Assembly: GCA_003427395.1 (NCBI GenBank)
Contig: BFEA01000016.1
Coordinates: 4,048,513-4,099,188 of the forward strand
Direction: 5' to 3'
Length of the DNA: 50,676 nt
Source: Chara braunii
Lineage: Eukaryota > Plantae > Charophyceae
A program made the position numbers and the translations under genes. Position 1 is the stretch's first letter, and every line of letters begins with the position of its first letter. Positions 38,009 to 48,933 of this stretch are shown in pieces. The notes beneath the pieces are model-generated. The model ran no database searches and was not told the DNA's origin. It saw only the letters and a program-made list of their open reading frames with translations.

Positions 38009-40498
38009 TGTGACGCCCAACCTCACGCCCAACACGACTTCCTGATCGGAGTGGGTGTGGGCCTAGAAGTGCGAAAAGGGGTGTGCCAAGGATTTTTGGC
38101 AAATTGGGGGTGGAGTCCCAGGTCCGAACTGAGATCTCCTGTGGCAAGGTTCCAAGGGCATAGGTACAATGAGGCTAAGGGACGGGTTACTTTCGGTCTG
38201 ATGGCGGTCGAGGTCGTGCAGCATAAGGCAGATGGCATGCTTGGTGCATTTTGGGCCGTCCGATCCGCCCGTCCCAGTGACGGTGGTTTGGGAGAGGTCC
38301 GTTCGAGAGGGTCGTGATTTCTATGGGTCGGACCTCCTGGTGTGGACACGTGGCGGTTGACGTCCCACGTTATGGTTAGGCTCCGTAATTCCAGAGGCTC
38401 GGCGGTTGCCGCATCGTCTGCAATTTCTGCACGGCGTGTGGGGCCAATACGGGGCTATGGAATTCCACGGTACCACCGTGAGTTGGTGGTATGGGAGGAG
38501 GAGATGAAAGGGAGGGAATTTGGTAGCGATAACGACGAAGCCGGGGGATATGAAATATTGCGTGTTATAAGTAGTCGGGTAGTCGGGGCCCCTCGGGTCG
38601 TTGGTTACAGCGCAGTGAAAGTCCCTGGCACAAAGTCGGTCGTTCTCGGTTAGACAGGGGAATTCTGGATTTCTCAAATTCCCCCGCAGCCTAAGTTGTT
38701 CTCCCTCCCAGTATTCTCGGTACTCTGGGTCCCGCAATTTCTCCCGGTCCACGATGTACGACATTTTATCATTCCGGCGGATTGCTAGCTGCAACGTATT
38801 GGGAACCCTCCGCACGCATCTGATCGTGCTTAGATTGACAAGGGGATTTCCGGGTATGGTGGCGGAAATTCCAACCGGCTCGAATTCTAGCAAAAGAGAA
38901 AATTTCGCACTTATCCCGATATTGGAGGTGCCAAGTTCATCAGTGATCGCGAATCGCCCGCGTGTGGACACATGTAGGCCGCGTTGATCAGATCGCGCTT
39001 ACACGTGCGCACACAAGGTGTTTGATCATACACGGGCCTGTTGGTTGATTTTCGTGCAAAAGTGAGGTTTCAGCCCTACATGCAAAATCGCCACGTGGCA
39101 TAGATAATCACCCAATCATCTAATCGTTCAGTGATCCCGCAACCCAACAACATCTCTGGATTATGCAGAGTGACATCGCATCATGGCCTACTCATACATC
39201 AGACACTGTAAGGACGAGCAAAAAGAAAACAACGAGTAATATAATTCAACCATCCCTTGGGCAGAATCCATCCATTCATCGTACACAAAAAGAAAAAAGA
39301 GAAAGGATCGAGAAACGACAAAAGTGTCAGTCAAAGGCGAAAGCCAGAAAGGATGTCGAATCGAAAAATAAGGGCGGATCGCCCGAAGCCGAGATCAAAA
39401 CTTATATACAAGATTGAGAAAGACAAAGAAAATTGCAATCCCACGTCCATCCATCTCAACTCTCTCCCTCGCTTTCTCTCTCTCCGATGTGGACAGTCCG
39501 TCATTACGCACCAACCCACGAAGTTGTCACCCCGCTTAGTCCTCCTGTGCCCGTCAGGTTCGCCCGCGTGCCACAGTTCGTCGTAGCCTACGCGTCAACC
39601 CCGCACATTCGGCACCAGCCCGTCGGGTCGCCCAACTTGCACTTCAACTCACCTCTTACTTCGCTCGTGAGCCGACCCTCATTGATCGCGCTACCCCGAG
39701 CTTCCAACAACTGTTTAAGAGCGTTATCTAATCGCGCAACCGAAATTTATAGCGTGCATGCATGCGCGAAGAACACGAAATTGCAAGGACCTAGAAAGAG
39801 AGAAGGGGAGGGAGTGCCTACGTTTTGCATGGCCAGATCGCGGTGTGGGGGACGTAGCCACTCTCCACGCATCGATCCGATCATGCAGCCCGCGAGCCAA
39901 CTAGACAGCAAGGAAGAGAGAGGGCAGGAAAGACGAAGCTCAAGAAGAAAGATTCAGTTACAAGGGCGTCCTGCCCAAAATTACAGTTACACGCAAGATT
40001 AAGGGTGCCGACTAATCAGAGCTCCGTTGCAGCCGCAAAAAGAAACGCGCGAGCGAAAAGCACCGCGCGGCAAAAGAAATTCCGAATTCCTAAGTTCCCA
40101 AATTCCTATTTAATGCAAAAATGCAAAAAGAAGTCCGAAATTCCGAGAGCCATCGAGGGCTCGACAAGATTCGAAAAAGAAATTCAAAAAGAAAGAAGCA
40201 AAACTCCCGCGCGATCACCGCGCTGAAAACCCGACAGCAGAACAAGAAAGAAGCGACGTCAACCATTATTAATCGCGCCTCCGTCGGCGCGCCAACCACT
40301 CAATCGACCATCCCGGGACTTGCCCAGCCCTGGCCCCAGCCATCCGAAAGAAGCGATGTAAAAAGAAGAACAAACAAGAACACCGATGCAATTTTCCCGT
40401 TGGATCCCATCTCCCATAATTGGCCCAACTTTCCCAGCTTAGGACCCCTCATTGTCATCGCGCAGAAAATCGAGCGGAACAGGAATTGGTTCGTCATA
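38009..40498 (-). repeat. 3' LTR (~2.5 kb)
   Basis: Aligns with 48932-50374 except for a ~1.07 kb segment (~38778-39843) absent from the other copy. Confidence 0.88.
38321..38971 (-). CDS. Hypothetical 216-aa ORF inside the 3' LTR
   Basis: Open frame; homologous text at 49236-49752 (frameshifted) in the 5' LTR; HTPCRNCRRC motif. Confidence 0.35.
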   Translation of the reverse strand: MSTRGRFAITDELGTSNIGISAKFSLLLEFEPVGISATIPGNPLVNLSTIRCVRRVPNTLQLAIRRNDKMSYIVDREKLRDPEYREYWEGEQLRLRGNLRNPEFPCLTENDRLCARDFHCAVTNDPRGPDYPTTYNTQYFISPGFVVIATKFPPFHLLLPYHQLTVVPWNSIAPYWPHTPCRNCRRCGNRRASGITEPNHNVGRQPPRVHTRRSDP

Positions 40499-41218
40499 TA
40501 TGTGACGCCCAGGGGGTTCCAGTCTTAAGCAAGCTCCTGCTTGCTTAGTCATCACGACACGTGTCGATCTCTCTAATCGATCGACACGTGGAGCTCTCTT
40601 CGTTGCCACTTACCGTACGATAAGAGTTTGGAAGTCATTCAAGGTGGCATACGTAGGCTCTATCCTACACATTCCTCAGGAAGGGCTCTCTTCTTTCGAA
40701 GGAGGAGATTGTTCGTGCCATCGCCGTGACACGTGCCATGCAGCTGCGCATCAGTGACCAAAGGGAAGAGGAAAAGGGAGGCGGTACATGGGGGCATGGG
40801 GAGGGGGGGGGTTGGTTGGGAGCGGGGGTAGGAAGTGTTTCATCCCCGCTACCGTTACTGGAAGCTCTTGGTAGCGGATAATTCGATGGAAGCGAGGGAA
40901 ACGGGTGCCACTGTGGGGAAGAGACGCGAGATAGTCGGGGTAGAGGGTTGCGAAGGTGCGGAAGAGGGCCGTCCGGAACCGATCATGGTTTTCGCACGCG
41001 GTGATAGTCCCTGTGATCGTGCAATAGACCTCGATTATATTGTGGCCCCGCCACGCGACACGAAAGAGAAGGACGTGGAGGCAAAAGACAGGGGTGGCGC
41101 ACCGAGTAGAGGGGTGGGGGTGTACTGTGACAGCGAGGTGGGTAGCGTAGAAGTAACAAAAGGTGTCGGTGGGGACGGGGTTGTAGGGAAAGGAGATCAG
41201 GGTGGTGATCTGAGGTAA

Positions 41219-42720
41219 TCAAGGGGACGACGTGATAACGATCGAGGACGAAGCCCGATGCCCCGCATCGGTACGTGTGTGAACTGGGGGACGGGTGGAG
41301 GGGGAGGGGGATCGGCTTCGTCGTCTCTGTGTCGGTGCGGTCGAAGTCTCAGCAGCAGGGTCCCCACCGTTGATCCTGGGTGGCTCGGGATCTTTGGTCG
41401 GATCGTCTGGGATTGGTAGATCCGCGCCGCTCGCATACTCCAGCGGCTGCTTCCCGACCGCGATTTCTTCTCTCCGCCGCGCTACCACCTCGGGATCTTC
41501 TTCCTGGACCTCCGCGCGGTCCACCTCCTCGCCCATACTCTCCCACTCAGATCCTTCCTCTTCTTCTTCTCCGCTCGGCTCCTCTTCGCTGTGCTCGCTA
41601 TAACTCCCTTCCTCCGAGGTTTCTTCCTCCTCGTCCTCTTCTTCCTCCTCCTCTACCGCTATCGCTTCGTCTTCCGACATCGCCCGGGGCTGGAAGAAGA
41701 GGATGTCGATTATCCCCCGGGGATTCAGGTATTCTAATCGCGACGGATGGCTGCCACCTCCTCCCCGCTCCTCCAAGCAGGCTGACCACTGCAGATACGG
41801 TGTCAACCTTCGCGGGAGGACGTGCGGCACCGGGCTTTCGTCGCACTACGATATGATGTCGAGGGGGAGATCGTCGATTAGCTGCACGAAGGGGACCGAG
41901 AGCTCCCACACAATCAACTGCCGGTGGTCGGGTTCCACTGCTCCGAAAACGAACCCGAGGAGATCCCCTTCCACCTCCGTTCTCCAGGCCTGGATGATTA
42001 GCAGCTCCACACTCTCCCTCGCGGCGCGATACCCACTATCTCGTGTCCACGTCAGCTCCACTTCGACCAGGCACAGAGAGAGAGTGAGGTACCGCTCGCA
42101 CCACACCTCCCGATGTCTCGGCTCGATGAGAGGAACGACGATTGGCTGGATACAGAGAGAAAGTCGGGGATGGAGAGCAAATTGCCAGAAAGTGGGGAAG
42201 AGAGAGGGGAAGGCAAAGGTTGAGAACTGAAACGGGTTCATTGGGGGCGCAGAAAAGAGACAAGCTCTAGGAGTGTTACCGCCGGCTCATGTCGGGACGT
42301 GCGGAGCCCGCCGACGTCGATGCTGTTGGTGATGACGAGGTTGTCGTCGTGCCGCGCAAGCCACCGGCTTTACACCTGCGCTAACTGTTCACCCCACTCC
42401 CTTAGCGAGGTCCGGATGACCGTATGCCTTGTAGGATCCACTGTGCTGATGTCCCCGCTGAAGACGACGATGGTAGACACGTGGCTGATCCCTGGCGCCG
42501 AAAGCCGTCGATAAGCCGATGCCTCGACCAACACGAGTGTCTGGCTATGGGCCGCAAAACGAAACTCTGCCGCTGCGTACACCTCAGTGGTGCTGAAGAA
42601 CTGCACAAATCGGAGAAGATCCGGACTGATCCGTGGATGATGGACTTGGGTGATCGCCGAAATATCGCCACGTGGTGCCAACATGTGCTCGCCAAGAACC
42701 TGCTCGGTGGAAAAACTCAT
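41219..42720 (-). pseudogene. Additional ORF downstream of integrase, broken, with an acidic tract
   Basis: Consecutive sense ORFs 42370-42720, 41846-42241 and 41219-41830; EEEEEEDEEEETSEEGSYSEHSEEE. Confidence 0.6.
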
Positions 42721-42859
42721 GGCGATGGCGGCGGGGACCGAATACCAGAAGGAGAAGGGGACAGAGAAAGAGAAGAGGGCGATAAGCAGGCGTCGTCCTA
42801 TTCCGTACTAGAGGAGGGGGCGGACGAAGGTGGAGATGGAGAGGAAGGGAGAGGCCGCA

Positions 42860-44200
42860 GATAGGACACGTGGCGAGTGATCGGGCGGGCAGATTGGCTG
42901 TCGGAGACCTCAGGCACGAGCCGCACCGTGTTCACTCTGTTCGGACCGAGCTCGACTACGTGAAATCGCCCGAAGAATTGTGGCGCTAGCTTACCCTAGC
43001 GAGCACATTTCCTCACCTGCACGATGTCCCCTAACTTATACTGGGGTCGTGGTCCCGCATTCCCATTTCGGGCCTCGTAGCTACGGACCTGTCAGCCTTG
43101 GGCCAACTCAGTCATTCGTTGACGTTTTCGGGCTAATCGGGGAAGGGACCGCTCCATCAGCTCTAGGTGTCGCTTGGCCTTGTCCAGAACCGTGGCCCTC
43201 GTGGGCCGTCGGTTCAACGAAGATTCGTCTGGGAGGCTCGGTATCGAAACACAAGCCACACTATTGGTCTGTAATTGAAAGGGGCTCAGGCCCGTCGATT
43301 CGTGGGGCGTTCCTCGATGCACCGCCAGGATGTGATCCACGATATCTTGCCAGGGTCTCGGATCCCGTGCCGTAATGTTTCGTCGCAGTGCAGTCTTAAT
43401 CACCCTATTTGCGTTCTCTACCAGCCCATTAGACTGTGACATGTGGGGTGCAGTATTCCGAATGGCGACACCGTGTATGATCAGGTTCCTCAAAACTTCC
43501 CCTCTGAATTCCGCCCCATTATCGGTCAGGATCTCCTCTGTGTCCTGATGCATTCCGAGAAAACAGTTGACGTATCGCGCGATTTCAGCCGCCTGTCGCG
43601 TACGACACGGATATGCCTCGATCCATTTCGAGAAGTGGTCTACACATACCAATAGGATTGAATACTCACAGCTATTAGGTCCAGGGGGCACCACAATATC
43701 GGTAGTATCCATACTAACCCTTTGAAAGGGCCTTTCAACCATCGTCGGCACTATCGATCTCGGCGGCTTAATCGGCGCCTTGTCAGCAGCGCAGACCTGA
43801 CAATTCTGGACGATGAATTTAACATCGTCACGAATATTGGACCAATACCACTCATTTTTGTCGATTGCCGCCTCCGTAATTCAGACGACAAAATGGGCTG
43901 CAGTTTCCTCATGCGCCGTCTTAACCCAGTCATACCTCATGAATGGGTGCGACACTACCATCCAAATCCCACTACCATCCGTCTTCCGTTTTTCTAACCC
44001 ACCCTCGTTCCAGCGATAGTCCCGAGCCCTTTCATTGGCCCTCCTCCGGTCCTCCTTAGTGAAGTCCTGGAGGGGGTTACCTACCAAGGTGGCGATTAAA
44101 GCAATATCCGTCCATACCTCGGCCCTTCTAAATTTTCGGGTCTTTTCTAACCCTTCTGACGTGGCGTCGAGAAATCGAGCCTCGATCGGGATCTTATCGA
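42860..44200 (-). pseudogene. Gypsy integrase (HHCC, DDE core, GPY/F module)
   Basis: AHEETAAHF...YWSNIRDDV..CQVC; RPFQRVSMD; LTDNGAEF; SNGLVENAN; KLAPQFFGRFHV. Confidence 0.93.
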
Positions 44201-44201
44201 C

Positions 44202-44370
44202 CCGACACAAGGGGCACAACCAAGGTTTGTTGCCATTTCGATACTGAATGCAAGAGCCATAGACTCTCGTGACACACTGCCGACAGTCTACCCATTCGAC
44301 ATAACCTTCCCCACTAGGATGCATGGGGACAGAGTAAACGCGTGAAATCGCTTCACAAAAATGACAAAAT
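44202..44370 (-). other. PHD-type zinc finger domain between RNase H and integrase
   Basis: C-HF-C-x23(WVD)-C-RQ-C-VTRV-Y-GS-C-x11(WL)-C-PL-C; C4HC3 spacing, with the His position read as TAT (Tyr). Confidence 0.82.
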
Positions 44371-44436
44371 TTATCTGGTAGAGAAAGAAGGGATGAGGAC
44401 GAGAGGGGAGAGAGAGGAGTTGCAAGATTACCTCCG

Positions 44437-46006
44437 TCACCCACTGCCACGTGCCTGCTTCTTGCCACGTGGGAGAACTGCCACTTGTCCGTATTTGGGT
44501 CCGTTCGTTGATTCCGGTTCCTCCCACGGGATGATTTCTTCGCCTTTAGGTACCTTAGCCGGTCGATGCAGACGTGTCAATCCGTCCGCGTTTCCCTGCC
44601 TCTCCGTCTTCCGATGGATGATATCGAAGTCGTACTCCTGCAGGCGCACTGCCCAACGCCCAATCATACCTGTGTAGTTAGTGAGCCTCTTCAGAGCCAG
44701 CAGCGGCTCGTGATCAGTCACCAGAAGAAACTTATGTCCATAAAGATACGGATGGAAGTGTTGGATTCCCCAGACTACCGCATAGCATGCGCCCTGCGGG
44801 GCCGAATCATTCTTTCGTTCGTCTGGCACCGTTCAAGATGCGTACTCGATGACGTGTTCACGACCGTCGTTCCCCTTCTGCGCTAGGATAGCGGAAATCG
44901 CCTCCGGTTGCCAGTCCGTAATGAGAATGAACTGCTTCGTAGGGTCCGGCCGGATCAAAATAGGTGTTGTAGCCAGGGCATCCTTGAGGGTGGTGAAGGC
45001 CTGTTCGCACTCGACGTCCCAACTGAGAGGCTGGTCCTTTCGTAACAAGTTCGTTAGGGGCCGCGCAATCGCGGCGAACCCCTTGATGAATCGACAATAG
45101 TATGACATCAGTCCCAGAAAAGCTCAAACCTGCGTCAATGACGTGGGAACAGGGGTGTCTTTCACTGCCACGACCTTCCTCGAATCCGGCCGCAGTCCTC
45201 CCCGTATCACCACGTAGCCCAGGAACGAGATCTCCGAGAGAAAAAATTCGCTCTTCTCTAACGCGACCTTGAACCCAGTGTCTCTCAGAGCTCCCATCGT
45301 CCACTCAATGTGTTGCGCGTGTCCGTGATAGGTCTCTGAGTAGACCAGAATGTTGTCCATGTACACGATGACGCAGAAGTTGATCATCCCCTGAGTTAGC
45401 CGCGTCTTGTTGACGAAGTTCTGGAAGGTCACATTCATAGCCAGTTGAAACGTAGCAGGCGCATTACAAATCCCGATCGGGCACCGGACCCACTGCCACG
45501 TGCCTTCAAATAGCACGAAGGCCATTTTCGGTCGATCCTCCTTCTTGACCAGGATATGATGAAAGTCGTGATGAATATCAAATTTACTAAAATAAATAGC
45601 ACACCCAATCGCATCCAGCAAATCATCAATCCGGGGAAGGGGATACACATCTTTGATCGTGATATCATTTAGTTTGCGATAATCGATGCAGATGCAAATC
45701 GACCCATTCTTCTTCGGTACTAACAGTACCGGGAATGACCATGGCCCAGTAGCGGGCTCGATTCATCCGTTAGCTTCGAACTCTCGAATCCGTTGGAGGG
45801 TTGTCTTCCGTTCCACCAGGGAATTTTGTGTAGGGTTTACAGTGGATGGGAGGATGGTTTCCGATTTGAATTTCGTGTTGTATGACTAACGACAGTCCAA
45901 TATCTGTTTTAGTCACGCTAATCGCTCCCTGATATTCTTTTAGAATGTCCGTGATTAGGTGATGGATCTCATCAAGTACGTAGTGGGGTACGTGCAACTC
46001 ATACAA
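44437..46006 (-). pseudogene. pol: Gypsy reverse transcriptase and RNase H
   Basis: YPLPRIDDLLD, CPIGICNAPATFQ, VYMDNIL (YxDD mutated), YYCRFIKGFA, LITDWQ, LVTDHEPL, RWAVRLQEYDF, NADGLTR. Confidence 0.95.
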
Positions 46007-46632
46007 TTGATTCCATATCCGTACATCAGTTTGTTTCGTACTTACCCGCTTAGTGGTTTCAAGCGGGGGTGCGGAAATGAACGAGTTATCTGATCGTCAA
46101 GAGAATACCGTGGCCATCATTTGCGCGTCCTGCTCTCGAATGGCCACGTGTTCCTCCAGGGTTACTCCGTCGCGAATATCCTGCTATGGCACGGGTTTCG
46201 TTGCGATTTTGATCCCGAGTCCGTTATATCCAGTTTCGAGGCGCTCAGGGGGTTCCAAAGAACTGGTTTCCGCTCCTAAGCGTAACAATCGTATTTCTTT
46301 TGCAGGTGGCAAAAGAGATCGGGGGAGGCTCGCGATGTCGCAGAAGTGTCTTTTGTCGTTGTAGCGTGCAAGTTGAGGAGAGATACCTTTGTACAGGGTT
46401 CGAGGGGATTCCAAAGAATCGACCATCCGCGAGATCTGTACGAGAGGTTCTCCCAGAATCATCGCCTGCATTCTCTGCAAGTTCCGACCAATCAGGCTCA
46501 AAGGTTTCGCGTTGGCTCTTTGCGCAGGGTAACAGATGCGCTGCTGCGCCAATTCCAGGATTACTGCATCATCCTCGTCACTGTTGTCCGCATCCTTCGA
46601 TGAGCAATCGTCCGCGGAGTTCTCCCAGGTGA

Positions 46633-47676
46633 TCACACAAAGAGAGTTCCCGCCATTATCTGAGAAACCCGCGGAGCTATGCTAGCGGTAGTTCGAAGGG
46701 TTAGTCTCATAGGTATGCCGTAGGGTTTTCCTCCCGTATTCCGGAGGATGATCGATCGTTTCTCGAAATCCAGATTGGCTCGCAAGGCCATCAAAGCGGG
46801 CAGGCCCAAGAGAACCTCGTAAGTGCTCACGTCTAATACTACGACATCTCCCAGGGCATGCACCTTTCCTAATCGAAAAGTGACGTTGTTCATTCGCCCT
46901 ACTGTCTTACTCTTCTCTTCATCTGCCGAAACGAGCTGATCTTTTTTCGTAAGCATGATCAGATCTTTCCTTCTTTCGGCCCGTTCGACTACCCGTAGTG
47001 AGATGGTTAGGACAGCTGCTCCGGAATCGATGATGGCATTGTACGGGACTCCCCATACTTCGATGTCACATTCTGCGGATTTCCACGGAATCGCCTTAAT
47101 CCGCAGGAAGTGATCATCTTTCAGGATCAATCCTAAGCGTATCGGGTCTGACGTGTCAGTGACGGGTTCGTCTTGTGCTGGACTCTTTCCTTTCGTATTT
47201 GTTGTTCGAGCAAGGGCGAATCGCTTTCGATTCGCCTTGCAGTGTTGCAGCATGCGTTCGTTGGCTTGTTCTGATATCGACAATAGATGACCGATTGGGA
47301 GAGGGATTCGATGATCTAATGCCCGAACAATGTTCAAGACATCGATTTCCCCGGTGACAAAAGTGAGTCCTCCCGTCTCCATTTCCCATGGAGACGGTCG
47401 CCACTCCGCCACTTCCCTCTGTTCGGGTGCGGGCCTAATCGTTCCGATCATTCCCAGAACTGGGTAGCCAAGGTTTACGTACTGGTCCAATGGGATAAGT
47501 TCAGCGGCTTCTTCCGTTGTAGCCAACGTGCATCCGCCTCCTTCCATCTCTTCCATTAGCGCCCCTACTCGCCCCGGCCCGTTAGCAATCGGGGTTGCTG
47601 CTACCGGTGCGGCCCCGACTCGTGGTTGCGGGGTCGATGGGGGCAATCTCGGGCTATGTGCCCTTGTTGATGGCAC
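46633..47676 (-). pseudogene. Gypsy aspartic protease region
   Basis: AIIDSGAAVLTIS and EVLLGLPAL. Confidence 0.9.
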
Positions 47677-48774
47677 GTGTCACAAACGTTCAGGTTACCA
47701 ACGGCTCCTCCGAGAGCGGGTGCTGGGGCCGACCCTTGTTGCATCGGGGCGGCTCGTATCGCTATCGGTCGCATTAATCGCATCATTGCCTCTATTCGGG
47801 CATTGTGCTCCCGCTGTTCTTTCTTGCTTTCCTGGATCAGATTGACTAGTGTCTTGGTCAGTTCTAATAAGGCGGNCATCATTGCCTCTATTCGGGCATT
47901 GTGCTCCCGCTGTTCTTTCTTGCTTTCCTGGATCAGATTGACTAGTGTCTTGGTCAGTTCTAATAAGGCGGTTGATTCATTCCATCGTACGGGGTTTTTC
48001 CGCCGGTGGTGGGGGCGCGGTCATCACAGGGATCGGCATGCTCGGGATCATACTCGGGGCTGGTCGTTTGGGGGTGATTTCTTCCAGATAGGTGACCACG
48101 CCAGACACAAACCCCATATTTTCAAACTTATTTTGTAATGCCGCCAACTCAGCTTTGACTCTCGCCAGTTCGGACGAGTCTCCTTCCCTGGGATAATCCT
48201 CTCCCTCCAGGAAACTCAAGGCGAACTTTCGTTCCATTTTTTCGGCGGCCGCCATGATTTGTTGCAGCGTGTGATTGATGGGGGAGAATTGTTTCCGCAA
48301 TTTCGCCCTCATTGCTCAGCTGCGAAGTCCATCAATAAATAGGTCCCTTCCTACCTGTTCGCCTCGCTCAGTCTTTACAAACATTCGATAAAATCGATTT
48401 CGGTACTCGGTGACGGACTCGAGGGGGTTTTGAACTCGATCTTTAATCATGAAAAGGGCCTGTTCAGGGTGGATGTAATCGAATTGGTTCAGAAAATCTC
48501 GCTCGAATGTCGGAAGATCAACCCATACATAGGTGCTAAACCAATGATGAGCGTCCCCCCCCAACCGAGCGGGAATGTTTATTTGTGCTTCGTTGTCTTC
48601 GTACTGCTGAGCTCGGAGCGTAGCCAGCCATGATCCAACAAGGTGGTGAGCAGGATCGAACAGGTAAAGATCAGGTCGAGTCACAGGTACCCGCGCTCGA
48701 GGTATGGGTTGATTAGGATTTAGCTGTTGATTGGGGTTTTGTTGTGGGTTCGGGTTCTGTTGATTGGCGTTCAT
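47601..48774 (-). pseudogene. gag: Gypsy gag (capsid and CCHC knuckle)
   Basis: LGGDAHHWF...FERDFLNQF...QNPLESVTEYRNRF...FIDGL; CDTCHQQGHIARDC. Confidence 0.9.
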
Positions 48775-48920
48775 GTTGGTTGCCCGTCGAGCCGAAGACC
48801 GGCTTCTTGTAACGACGGGGTCGCGTCGATGCGCGTTCCGGGGTCGAGGTCGCCCCCTGTTAGCCAGATCGCTTCGATCTCAGTTATCGTCCTACGAATC
48901 CTATAATCCTGCCACGTGTC

Positions 48921-48933
48921 GGTTCCGATATCA
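48921..48933 (-). promoter_or_regulatory. Degenerate initiator tRNA-Met primer binding site
   Basis: TGATATCGGAACC versus canonical TGGTATCAGAGCC (3 mismatches), immediately after the 5' LTR. Confidence 0.55.

Noticed and set aside
47780-47972. Perfect ~95 bp tandem duplication in gag
   Set aside because: Identical copies separated by a single N (47876): typical unmerged contig overlap
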